Of a DNA stretch of 64,000 nucleotides, positions 18,333-26,946 are shown in pieces (positions within the stretch are counted from its first letter, which is position 1; each line of letters starts with the position of its first letter). Position numbers and translations under genes: made by a program. The stretch comes from an uncultured Clostridia bacterium (GTDB lineage: Bacteria > Bacillota > Clostridia > Christensenellales > UBA1242), in assembly GCA_947584415.1 (NCBI GenBank), contig CANPWN010000005.1:9142-73141 (forward strand), read 5' to 3'. A model generated the notes under the pieces. The model made no database searches. It saw only the letters and a program-made list of their open reading frames with translations, and was not told the origin of the DNA.

Positions 18333-19250
18333 ATGAAAAATTTGATTTACTATTATAAAAAAGCAATTAAAAACAACTTTGGTCTTGGCGCTTTCAATTT
18401 TCAAAATTTGGAAGAGTTGAAGGCCATTTGCGGTGCAGCCGAAGAGGAAAAAAGTCCCGTCATTGTTGCAATAAGCGAAGGGGCATTATCCTTTTTGGGT
18501 GAAAAATATCTGCTAGAGATTGTGAAAATTGCAAAAAAAGAGTTCAAAGCACCAATATTTTTGCATTTGGACCACGGAAAATCTTTTGCTGCCTGCAAAA
18601 AGGCGGTTGACAGCGGCTTTGACAGCGTGATGATTGACGCAAGCGACAAACCATTAAAAGAAAATGTGGCTTTGACAAAAAAGGTTGCGGAATACGCCCA
18701 TAAAAAAGGCGTTTTTGTTGAAGGTGAACTTGGGAAACTGTCTGGAATTAAAGATAATAAATCTGACATTTCCCCTTATACTGACCCTGACGAAGCAAAA
18801 TTTTTTGTTGATAAAACAAGCGTTGATAGTTTGGCTGTTGCAATTGGGACAAGCCACGGGGCTTACAAATTTAGCGGCAAAGCGGAACTAAAATTTGATG
18901 TGCTTGAAAAAATTGAAAAGACCCTGCCTTCCTTTCCTATTGTTTTGCATGGGGCATCTTCGGTCGACCAACAAACCATCAAAAGTTTGAACGCCTTGGG
19001 GGCGGATATTGGTTGTCCTGTGGGAGTTGACGAAAAATTGACAAAAATTGCAATCAAAAAGCACAACATTGTCAAAATCAACATGGACACTGACCTTCGC
19101 CTTGCTTACACTTTGGCAATCAAAAAATCTTTGGCAGACAACCCAAAAAACTTTGACCCAAGAAAATACATTGGTGCTGCTCAAGAGATGGTTAAACAAG
19201 TTGTTAAAAACAAAATCAAAAATTTGCTATTTTCAAACAATCAGGCATAA
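18333..19250 (+). CDS. fba: Class II fructose/ketose-bisphosphate aldolase.
   Basis: 305 aa with GLGAFNF, PIFLHLDHG, GELG and VLHGASS motifs. Confidence 0.85.
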   Translation: MKNLIYYYKKAIKNNFGLGAFNFQNLEELKAICGAAEEEKSPVIVAISEGALSFLGEKYLLEIVKIAKKEFKAPIFLHLDHGKSFAACKKAVDSGFDSVMIDASDKPLKENVALTKKVAEYAHKKGVFVEGELGKLSGIKDNKSDISPYTDPDEAKFFVDKTSVDSLAVAIGTSHGAYKFSGKAELKFDVLEKIEKTLPSFPIVLHGASSVDQQTIKSLNALGADIGCPVGVDEKLTKIAIKKHNIVKINMDTDLRLAYTLAIKKSLADNPKNFDPRKYIGAAQEMVKQVVKNKIKNLLFSNNQA

Positions 19251-19279
19251 AAAAAGACTTGAAAACCAAGTCTTTTTTT
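19251..19279. terminator. Bidirectional rho-independent terminator between convergent genes.
   Basis: AAAAAGACTTG-aaaac-CAAGTCTTTTTTT. Confidence 0.6.
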
Positions 19280-19280
19280 G

Positions 19281-21449
19281 TTATTTGCTTGCAGTGTCTG
19301 GGTCAATTGGTGCATCTGGGTCAGAAATTTTCCCTGTCTTTATGTCATCATAATAGTTGGCAATAAGGTCATTAGCAACTTCTTTTGGAGTGTAAAATGC
19401 ACAGAGATAATTGCCTGAGTGTTTATACCATATCTTTTCTGTCAACTCTTTCTTGTCCTCAATTTTCAAACTTTTTGGAGTTCCTTTATCCTTTGGAGTT
19501 TTTTTAGCATTTGAAGTTTTGTTAGCATTTGAAGTTTTGTTAGCATCAGAATATGTTGCTTGTGTTGTAAGATATTCGTTTCCTGTTTTAAGAGCATCAA
19601 ACACTCTTTCAAGCAAGGCGTCATCCGCTTTTGTTACACGCCTGGTTTTAGGAAGTATATTTTGCTTAATATTTGAATATTCTTGCTCAAAACCACCATT
19701 TCTTGAAACGTAATCAATGGCAAGAAAAGCGTTTTCTATTGCAATATTTTCAGCCTTTTCTCTTGCCTTTTTCCCTCGTGGAGCGCGCTTTAACATTTGT
19801 TTTGAAACGGCACTCGCCAATTTCACAAAAGCATTTTTTGGGTCTTTGATTTGCGCTTTGCCAAAAAGACCATATTTGCCTCCTGGAATCACCTGTTCCT
19901 TTTTAGCGTCCCAAGTTTCAGATTCGAATTCTTTTTCAGCCAACAATCCAGAGTTTTTAAAGTCTTCAAAAGCCGATTCTTCAATAAGTTTATACATCTG
20001 TTTTATTGATGGAGTTTCCATTTTGCCATAAAGTGTTGGGTCATAGCCTGCTGCTCGTGCACGAGAAACCTCAGCCCTGTTTATTGCCTCTGCATAACCT
20101 TCACGAACCTCAAGATTTGACATTGCAACAAACGCATGTTTAAGAGGAATTCCAAATATTTGAGCATAAATTTTCTTTGTGTCTTCATCTTTGACAACGG
20201 TGTTTGCAATCATACTGAAAGTTAGCAACATTTCTGCAATTTCTGGGAAAGTGTCTGGGTTGCGGTCAGCCTTATTTTCCGCGTCAAAAATTTTCTCTTG
20301 GAAATACTTAAAACCTTCCAGTGCCTCTGCAAGAGCAAGTGGTTCACCATCTCTGCCGCGTATTGCTTTGATGGCATCATCATCTGTTCTAATGGTTGAG
20401 TCAGTGTCCTTGACAATTATTTTTTCGCCATTTTCATCAATAAATATGAAAGGAAGGATACCCTCACCATCACCATAACTTGCATGAAGTTCGCCAACTT
20501 TGCTTGGAGTTTTTGCAATTTCTTCTTTAAGCACATAGTCATGAATAAGCAGTGTGAGGTCGTTTGGTCTGTCATCTTCTGATTTAAAATATTTTGAATC
20601 TGTAGGAAGATTGTCATTAAGTTCAATAACTTTTTCATTTGCAATTTGTGTTGAAAGCCTTTTTACAATTCTGCTTGAAAGACCCTCAATTTCATCATTT
20701 ATTGAAAAAGCCAATAGTGGAGTCAAACCTTCAAGCATTTCGGTGACTGCATCGCCATCCTTGTTGATTTCCTGCAAAGCAAGTGCCGTTGCAAAAAGTG
20801 CAACTGTGTCAACAATCTCTTCTTTTGCCTCTTTCTTATATTTTAAGTCACTATATAGATTCCATTTAAGCATGGCTTCAATGATGGCGTTATCACTTTT
20901 GACGCCTTCGTTATATGCTCTAACCGCTTCTCTTGCCCTTCCTCTGAAATCATCAAAAAGGCTTGCAAAAACAAAATTTGCTTGGCTCATGCCATCAGCG
21001 GCGTGTTCAGAGTTAATGTTTGCAGCCGTGCAATAAGTGTCATATGTGCCTTTAAAATCTTCTGGCATGCCAAGTGCTTTTTTCAAATTTGGTGGCATTG
21101 TTCTAAAGTTTTCAACCACTTTTCCGCCGCCCATCATTATGTCATAGGCTTTTTTAATTTTTTCAAATTTGCCTGTTTCTTTTTTGCCGTCCATAAAGGA
21201 AAACATCATGTTACGCAAGGACTCTCTGGCTTCCTTGAGTTCACTGTGCAAAAACCTCACTTTGAACTCGCCATTTTCCTTTTCAACCACAAAATTTTCC
21301 TTGCTAAAAGCACCGAAAATATCATCCGCTGGAGTGAACTTGTATTCTGTTTCAGCGGTGTTTCTTAAAGCAATGCCAAGGTTTTCAGGTGTTATTGCCG
21401 TATTATTTTTAAAACAACCTTCAATTATTTCAAAATAACTTTTTGCCAT
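19281..21449 (-). CDS. 722-aa hypothetical protein; no signal peptide and no domain recognised.
   Basis: The start MAKSYFEIIEG is preceded by AAGGAGAAAAATT and a good promoter. It is a long uninterrupted ORF with protein-like composition. Confidence 0.6.
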   Translation of the reverse strand: MAKSYFEIIEGCFKNNTAITPENLGIALRNTAETEYKFTPADDIFGAFSKENFVVEKENGEFKVRFLHSELKEARESLRNMMFSFMDGKKETGKFEKIKKAYDIMMGGGKVVENFRTMPPNLKKALGMPEDFKGTYDTYCTAANINSEHAADGMSQANFVFASLFDDFRGRAREAVRAYNEGVKSDNAIIEAMLKWNLYSDLKYKKEAKEEIVDTVALFATALALQEINKDGDAVTEMLEGLTPLLAFSINDEIEGLSSRIVKRLSTQIANEKVIELNDNLPTDSKYFKSEDDRPNDLTLLIHDYVLKEEIAKTPSKVGELHASYGDGEGILPFIFIDENGEKIIVKDTDSTIRTDDDAIKAIRGRDGEPLALAEALEGFKYFQEKIFDAENKADRNPDTFPEIAEMLLTFSMIANTVVKDEDTKKIYAQIFGIPLKHAFVAMSNLEVREGYAEAINRAEVSRARAAGYDPTLYGKMETPSIKQMYKLIEESAFEDFKNSGLLAEKEFESETWDAKKEQVIPGGKYGLFGKAQIKDPKNAFVKLASAVSKQMLKRAPRGKKAREKAENIAIENAFLAIDYVSRNGGFEQEYSNIKQNILPKTRRVTKADDALLERVFDALKTGNEYLTTQATYSDANKTSNANKTSNAKKTPKDKGTPKSLKIEDKKELTEKIWYKHSGNYLCAFYTPKEVANDLIANYYDDIKTGKISDPDAPIDPDTASK
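19504..19546 (-). repeat. In-frame 18-bp tandem repeat, about 2.4 copies.
   Basis: TTAGCATTTGAAGTTTTG occurs twice plus a partial TTAGCAT copy. It encodes ANKTSN-ANKTSN-AKKT near the C-terminus of the 722-aa protein. Confidence 0.7.
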
Positions 21450-21470
21450 AATTTTTCTCCTTACCCCTAT

Positions 21471-21499
21471 ATAATACCACATTTAATCCACTTTTTCAA
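21471..21499 (-). promoter_or_regulatory. Sigma-A-type promoter, TTGAAA-17 nt-TATTAT.
   Basis: Minus-strand reading is TTGAAAaagtggattaaatgtggTATTAT, with TGTGG just upstream of the -10 box. It lies about 22 nt before the ATG, and an RBS is present. Confidence 0.5.
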
Positions 21500-21556
21500 G
21501 ATGTAAATATAAAAAAATTTATATTTTTTCCTCTATTTTTTATTCGCAAAATTAAA

Positions 21557-21580
21557 AAAAGGCCACTTGAATAGCCTTTT
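21557..21580 (-). terminator. Weak candidate terminator after the htrA-like gene.
   Basis: Minus strand reads AAAAGGC-tattcaagtg-GCCTTTTTTTAATTTT. The stem is short and the loop large. Confidence 0.35.
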
Positions 21581-22583
21581 ATTTTAGTGTTGCAAGAAAT
21601 TCCACTCGCTTGCCGTCTCTTATGACCGAAATTTTGACGCTGTCGCCTTGATTGTAGCCAAGCACCGCTTCTTTCAAAGATAACAGGTTCGTCACATCTT
21701 TTTCACCAATTTTTGTCAATAGGTCGCCTTTTTTTAGACCTGCCTTTAACGCTGGCCCGTCAACTGACGAAACATAGACGCCAACGCTATCCAATTTTTC
21801 CCCGTGCGCCATGGCAATTTCACTGTCAAAACCAAACACACCAAGATATGCTGATTGGAACTGGGGGTTGGTTTTCAATTTGCTAACTGCCACGCTGCCA
21901 ACTTTAATTGGAATTGCAAAGCCTATTCCTTCGCCTTCTGTGGCTTTTAAGGTATTTATGCCAATGACTTTGCCTTGTCTGTTGATAAGCGGCCCGCCCG
22001 AATTGCCTGGGTTAATTGACGCGTCATGTTGGATAAGGCTTTGCAAAAAACTTGTCCCTGCACTGCTTGCCACTTCCAGCGTTCTGTTTGTGGCACTGAC
22101 AATACCATGCGTCACTGTGTGCTTAAATTCAAGTGTTAGCGGCGTGCCAAGTGCAAAAACTTCCTCGCCAATCACGGTCTCACTTGTATCAATGCCAAGA
22201 TATGGAATTTCGCGTGAGGACTGCACAACTGCCATGTCCATCCCCGGGTCTGTCCAAAGCACTTTGCCAGAGCCGGTGGTCTTGTCGGCATAATAAAGCG
22301 TGATTTTACCTCCGCCCTCAACGACATGATTGTTTGTGAGAATTAAGCCGCCATCTGATATAGCAACCCCACTGCCAATTGCATAGCCATCTTTGTAAGT
22401 TGCTGAAATCCCAACGACAGCGCTGCGTGCCGCTGTGAGCATTTCGCTGACAGAAGAATAATCTTCCGTGGCAATTTGCCTTAAACTCATGTCAACGCTT
22501 TCGTCTGAAACATTTTTCGCGCAACCTGTAAGGCACAGGCAGACCAAAACAAGACTTATCACTGAATAAAAAAATTTCTTCAT
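21579..22583 (-). CDS. htrA: HtrA/DegP-family trypsin-like serine protease with a C-terminal PDZ domain; lipoprotein.
   Basis: The signal peptide ends in LTGC. Triad context is TNNHVV, D, GNSGGPL. The PDZ-like tail is GLKKGDLLTKIGEKDV. RBS is AAGGGGG. Confidence 0.85.
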   Translation of the reverse strand: MKKFFYSVISLVLVCLCLTGCAKNVSDESVDMSLRQIATEDYSSVSEMLTAARSAVVGISATYKDGYAIGSGVAISDGGLILTNNHVVEGGGKITLYYADKTTGSGKVLWTDPGMDMAVVQSSREIPYLGIDTSETVIGEEVFALGTPLTLEFKHTVTHGIVSATNRTLEVASSAGTSFLQSLIQHDASINPGNSGGPLINRQGKVIGINTLKATEGEGIGFAIPIKVGSVAVSKLKTNPQFQSAYLGVFGFDSEIAMAHGEKLDSVGVYVSSVDGPALKAGLKKGDLLTKIGEKDVTNLLSLKEAVLGYNQGDSVKISVIRDGKRVEFLATLK

Positions 22584-22618
22584 ATTACCCCCTTTTGTGG
22601 AAGCAATAGAAGAAACCT

Positions 22619-23401
22619 TTACAACTTAAATAATGTTCCTGGGTTTGGCGAAGCAACATCAATTTTGACATGCACGCCTTCAATTATGCCATAACTTTTA
22701 AGTTTTTCAGTTATGTAATTGTAAGCAAGGTCAGGCGTGTTGTTCTCGCGGCTTAGGTGCGACAAAACAATTTGTCTGCTGCCGCTTTCAACCAAATGCT
22801 TTATCATGATTGCACTTTCATCATTGGAAAGATGCCCGTTCCCTCCCGAAATTCTATGTTTCAAAGATGGAGGATATTTTGTGCCATTTTTGAGCATTTG
22901 GCGGTCATAGTTGGCTTCAAGGTATACTAACTGACTTCCACGAATACTATCAAGTATTCTGTCATTAGTATGCCCAACATCTGTCAAAATACTTATCTTT
23001 GCACCATTATTTTCAAAAACATAGCCAAAGCATGGCACATCATGTGGAAGTGGCACGGCTGTCACTTTTATGTCGCGAAGTTGAAAGGATAATGTTTCAA
23101 AAAAACGGCGGTTTTTGGCAGGAGTTTTTGTCAATTTAAACTTCATGTTTTCCCAAACATCACGGTGGGCAAAGATGGGTTTGTCATATTTATATGAAAA
23201 TCCATCAACACCTCTGATGTGGTCCGCATGTTCATGCGTCACCAAAATTGCGTCAATTTGACCCGGCTCAATATCAATCAACTTCAGCCTCTTTACCGCC
23301 TCGGTGTATGGCAGACCTATGTCAATCAAAAGTTTGACATTTTCGCTTTCCAAATATGTTAAATTTCCGTCACTTCCTGACGCAAGAGAGATAATTCGCA
23401 T
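22619..23401 (-). CDS. MBL-fold metallo-hydrolase, YycJ/WalJ-like.
   Basis: 260 aa with LIDIG, HEHADH and GHLSN motifs. It sits immediately upstream of the HtrA-like gene, as yycJ sits before yyxA in Bacillus. Confidence 0.8.
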   Translation of the reverse strand: MRIISLASGSDGNLTYLESENVKLLIDIGLPYTEAVKRLKLIDIEPGQIDAILVTHEHADHIRGVDGFSYKYDKPIFAHRDVWENMKFKLTKTPAKNRRFFETLSFQLRDIKVTAVPLPHDVPCFGYVFENNGAKISILTDVGHTNDRILDSIRGSQLVYLEANYDRQMLKNGTKYPPSLKHRISGGNGHLSNDESAIMIKHLVESGSRQIVLSHLSRENNTPDLAYNYITEKLKSYGIIEGVHVKIDVASPNPGTLFKL

Positions 23402-23407
23402 GGATAT

Positions 23408-23436
23408 ATATTAGCATTTTTATTAAAATTTTGCAA
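23408..23436 (-). promoter_or_regulatory. Sigma-A-type promoter, TTGCAA-17 nt-TAATAT.
   Basis: Minus-strand reading is TTGCAAaattttaataaaaatgcTAATATatatccATG. The -10 box ends 6 nt before the ATG at 23401, with no SD. Confidence 0.5.
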
Positions 23437-23473
23437 GCGTGAGAAATTTGACGAAAAAAATTGTTTTTTCCTC

Positions 23474-23501
23474 TTGACATTGAAAAATTTTGGGGTATAA
23501 T
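23474..23501 (+). promoter_or_regulatory. Near-consensus sigma-A promoter, TTGACA-16 nt-TATAAT.
   Basis: TTGACA is at 23474-23479 and TATAAT at 23496-23501. It is followed by RBS AAAGGAG and the ATG at 23526. Confidence 0.55.
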
Positions 23502-23525
23502 AAAACTATTTTAAAGGAGTTAAAT

Positions 23526-24059
23526 ATGAGAAATAAACACACAAAAAAACTTGAAAATACTGCTGAAGTTAAAGCTCACGCTTTAACAGAAGAGGAAATC
23601 AAAAAACTTGATGCAAGAAATACACAACTTCTTGATGAAATTGATGCTGGCAGCACAACCGCTATGGCTGACCTTATTGTGGCAAATGGCAGATTTGTTG
23701 AAAATATTGTTCATGATTATGCTAAAGCACTTAATTCAACCGCTGTTGTTGATGAGGAAGATTTAAGGTCTGAAGCCTTCGTTTCAATTTTACAACTTTT
23801 GAAGGACAACCACTATGGAACAAGCAGAACCGCTTTGACAAGCGACATCCGTGCGCTTTTGGGCATCACCCTTTCTTCTTATGTGGCAGAGGCAAACAAT
23901 AATTTCTGTGATGAACATTTAACACAATGCGTCGCTCCTGGAAAAGATAAACTTGAAGACACAATCACAGACGGAAAATCAGAACTTGACAATTTCCTTT
24001 TAAGACAAGACATTATTCAATTCTGCAAAGAAGAAGGCGGAGATATAACAATAAGATAA
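23526..24059 (+). CDS. Hypothetical 177-aa protein with a sigma-70 region-2-like segment and no clear region 4.
   Basis: ADLIVANGRFVENIVHDYAK...EEDLRSEAFVSILQLL resembles the sigma-70 r2 pattern (LI..N..LV..I...Y...eDL.qEg...L). The remainder is not recognised. Confidence 0.4.
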   Translation: MRNKHTKKLENTAEVKAHALTEEEIKKLDARNTQLLDEIDAGSTTAMADLIVANGRFVENIVHDYAKALNSTAVVDEEDLRSEAFVSILQLLKDNHYGTSRTALTSDIRALLGITLSSYVAEANNNFCDEHLTQCVAPGKDKLEDTITDGKSELDNFLLRQDIIQFCKEEGGDITIR

Positions 24060-24086
24060 GCAAAAAAATGTCAAATATATAAAAAT

Positions 24087-24117
24087 AAAATGCTAAGCAA
24101 AATCACTTAGCATTTTT
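24087..24117. terminator. Bidirectional terminator overlapping the uvrA stop codon.
   Basis: AAAATGCTAAG-caaaatca-CTTAGCATTTTTT. Confidence 0.6.
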
Positions 24118-26943
24118 TAATATCTTTTTCAAAAATTGTCCTGTGAAAGATTTTGGATTTTTTGCCACCTCTTCTGGCGTGCCTGTCGCCACGACCTCAC
24201 CTCCGCCTGAGCCACCCTCAGGGCCAAGGTCTATGATTTGGTCGGCACACTTGATGACATCCAAATTATGCTCAATTACAACCACGCTATTGCCGTTGCC
24301 GACAAGTCTGTCCAAAATTGCCACAAGTTTTTTGACATCATACATGTGAAGCCCTGTTGTTGGCTCGTCCAATATATAAAAGGTTTTGCCTGTCTCTTTT
24401 TTTGCAAGTTCGGTTGCAAGTTTAACCCTTTGCGCCTCTCCGCCAGATAACTCTGTGGCAGGCTGCCCAAGTTTGATATATCCAAGCCCAACATCATATA
24501 GCGGCTGAAGTTTGCTTTTGATTGATGGCACAGCGCTGAAAAAGTCAAGCGCTTCTTCAACTGTCATGTCCAAAACTTCACTTATTGTCTTGCCTTTATA
24601 TTTGACTTCCAAAGTTTCATGATTGTATCTTTTGCCTTTGCAAACTTCACACGGCACAGTTATGTCTGGCAAGAAATACATTTCAATCTCTTTGACCCCT
24701 GCGCCATCACACGCCTCACATCTGCCTCCTTTGACATTAAATGAAAAACGCGAAGAAGTGTAGCCACGCATTTTGGCGTCTGGAGTTTGGGCAAAAAGTT
24801 CTCTTATAGGTGTGAAAACGCCCGTGTAAGTTGCAGGGTTTGACCTTGGCGTTCTGCCAATTGGAGCTTGGTCAATGCAAATGACTTTGTCAAGTTGCTC
24901 CACCCCTTCAATCTTGTCAAACTTGCCAGTTTCAAGTCGCGAGCCATTGAGCGCATTTGAAAGATATGGATAAATGACATCACTTACAAGACTGCTCTTT
25001 CCACTGCCAGAAACACCTGTCACCAGCGTCAAAACGCCCAAAGGAACATCAACATCCATGTTTTTAAGGTTGTTTTCCTTTGCCCCACGCACTCTTAAAT
25101 ATCCGCTTGGCTTTCTGCGTTTTGATGGAATTTCAATTTTTTCATCACCGCGCAAAAATTTGGCTGTTATGGAGTTTTTGTTTTTCAAAACTTCTTCAAA
25201 AGGCCCACTCGCCACAATTTCGCCGCCATGCACTCCGGCATAAGGCCCAACATCAACAATCCAGTCTGCCGCACGCATGGTGTCCTCGTCATGCTCAACA
25301 ACTATCAATGTGTTGCCCTTATCCCTCAAGTTTTTCAAGGTTGCAAGCAGTTTTTCATTGTCCCTTTGATGAAGGCCAATGCTCGGCTCGTCCAAAATGT
25401 ATAACACTCCAACAAGTCCAGAACCAATTTGTGTTGCAAGCCTGATTCTTTGTGCTTCGCCGCCTGAAAGAGTTTCCGCAGAGCGTGAAAGGGTCAAATA
25501 GCCAAGCCCAACATCTGAAAGAAATTTAAGGCGGGCTTTGATTTCTTTCAATATGCTTTCTGCAATGTTCATTTTGAATTTTGTCAATTTCAAGTTTTCA
25601 AAATACGGCAAAAGTTCACTCACCGGCATGTCGCAGATGTCAATTATGTCTTTCCCGTCAATTTTGATTGCAAGAGCGGATTCATTAAGTCTTTTTCCAT
25701 GACAAACTCTGCATGTTTGATTGCGGATAAATTTGCCAATTTCCCAGCGCATATATTCGCTTTTTGTTTCCGCCAAACGACGCTTTAAATTGTTGATAAG
25801 TCCTTCAAAAGCAAGCGCATGACTGCCGCGAAAACGCTCTTCCATCTTGTTTCGCTTTTCGCTGCCAAATATGTCCATTTTTTCGCCGCCATTACCATAC
25901 AAAAGGATGTCTATTGCCTTTCGTGGCAATTTGTTCACTGGCTTGTCAAGTGGGATGTCATATTTTTTGGAGAGGGCGTTAAAATAGAGCGACGCCATGC
26001 TGCCTTCCTCATATTTCCAGCCAGTCAGATTGAAAGCACCTTCAGCAATGGAAAGATTGGAATTTTTGAGGACAATTTCCTCAGAGATATCCCCCACTTC
26101 GCCAAGTCCAGAGCAATTTGGACATGCACCAAACGGAGCGTTGAAAGAAAAGAGTCTTGGCGAAATTTCTTCAAGTGTCCAACCACAAGTTGGGCAAGAA
26201 TAATTGGTGGAATAAAGTTCTTCCTTTCCATCAAAATCAACTATGGCAAGTCCATCAGAAAGTTTTAAGGCACTTTCAAGTCCTTCGGTCAAACGCGAGG
26301 CCACGCCCTCTTTTAAAATAAGCCTGTCAAGAACAACTTTGATTTCATGCTTAATGTTTTTGTCAAGCACAATTTCCTCGTCCAAAGTCCACATATTTCC
26401 ATCAACTATGACGCGAACATATCCGCTCTTTTTGAGGTTTTCAAATAGTTTTGCAAAAGCACCCTTTTCCTTTCGGACAACAGGGCTTAATATGGTCAAT
26501 TTTGTGCCTTCGTTGTGAGAAAGGACATCTTCAACAATTTGGTCAATTGTCTGTCTTGAAATGGCTTTGTGACAATGTGGGCAATAAGCAGTTCCAACAC
26601 GCGCAAACAAAAGACGCAAATAATCATATATCTCCGTCACTGTTCCAACAGTTGAACGCGGGTTGTGATTGGTCGTTTTTTGGTCAATGGAGATGGATGG
26701 CGAAAGTCCTTCAATGACTTCAACATCAGGCTTTTGCGCTTGCCCCAAAAACATGCGCGCATAGGAAGAGAGGCTTTCAATATATCTTCTCTGCCCCTCC
26801 GCAAAGATTGTGCCAAAAGCAAGGCTGCTTTTCCCAGAGCCGCTAACACCCGTGAAAACAATCAATTTGTCACGCGGAATTGTCAAACTTATGTTTTTTA
26901 AATTGTTTTCCTTTGCTCCAATAATTTTGATATTTTCGTCCAT
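24103..26943 (-). CDS. uvrA: Excinuclease ABC subunit A.
   Basis: 946 aa with two ABC modules (GVSGSGKSSL twice, LSGGEAQR twice) and zinc-finger Cys clusters. Confidence 0.95.
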   Translation of the reverse strand: MDENIKIIGAKENNLKNISLTIPRDKLIVFTGVSGSGKSSLAFGTIFAEGQRRYIESLSSYARMFLGQAQKPDVEVIEGLSPSISIDQKTTNHNPRSTVGTVTEIYDYLRLLFARVGTAYCPHCHKAISRQTIDQIVEDVLSHNEGTKLTILSPVVRKEKGAFAKLFENLKKSGYVRVIVDGNMWTLDEEIVLDKNIKHEIKVVLDRLILKEGVASRLTEGLESALKLSDGLAIVDFDGKEELYSTNYSCPTCGWTLEEISPRLFSFNAPFGACPNCSGLGEVGDISEEIVLKNSNLSIAEGAFNLTGWKYEEGSMASLYFNALSKKYDIPLDKPVNKLPRKAIDILLYGNGGEKMDIFGSEKRNKMEERFRGSHALAFEGLINNLKRRLAETKSEYMRWEIGKFIRNQTCRVCHGKRLNESALAIKIDGKDIIDICDMPVSELLPYFENLKLTKFKMNIAESILKEIKARLKFLSDVGLGYLTLSRSAETLSGGEAQRIRLATQIGSGLVGVLYILDEPSIGLHQRDNEKLLATLKNLRDKGNTLIVVEHDEDTMRAADWIVDVGPYAGVHGGEIVASGPFEEVLKNKNSITAKFLRGDEKIEIPSKRRKPSGYLRVRGAKENNLKNMDVDVPLGVLTLVTGVSGSGKSSLVSDVIYPYLSNALNGSRLETGKFDKIEGVEQLDKVICIDQAPIGRTPRSNPATYTGVFTPIRELFAQTPDAKMRGYTSSRFSFNVKGGRCEACDGAGVKEIEMYFLPDITVPCEVCKGKRYNHETLEVKYKGKTISEVLDMTVEEALDFFSAVPSIKSKLQPLYDVGLGYIKLGQPATELSGGEAQRVKLATELAKKETGKTFYILDEPTTGLHMYDVKKLVAILDRLVGNGNSVVVIEHNLDVIKCADQIIDLGPEGGSGGGEVVATGTPEEVAKNPKSFTGQFLKKILKNAK

Positions 26944-26946
26944 TTT

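Noticed and set aside
17607-18404. The 265-aa version of the ORF with a 44-aa N-terminal extension.
   Set aside because: The extension overlaps the fba start and promoter and is hydrophobic nonsense. The internal ATG at 18272 has a GAGGTG RBS and yields a canonical lipoprotein signal.
21505-21526. The palindrome AAATATAAA-aaaa-TTTATATTT as an operator site.
   Set aside because: It is composed only of A/T in a very AT-rich intergenic region, so such palindromes are expected by chance. I mention it in a finding but do not call it a feature.
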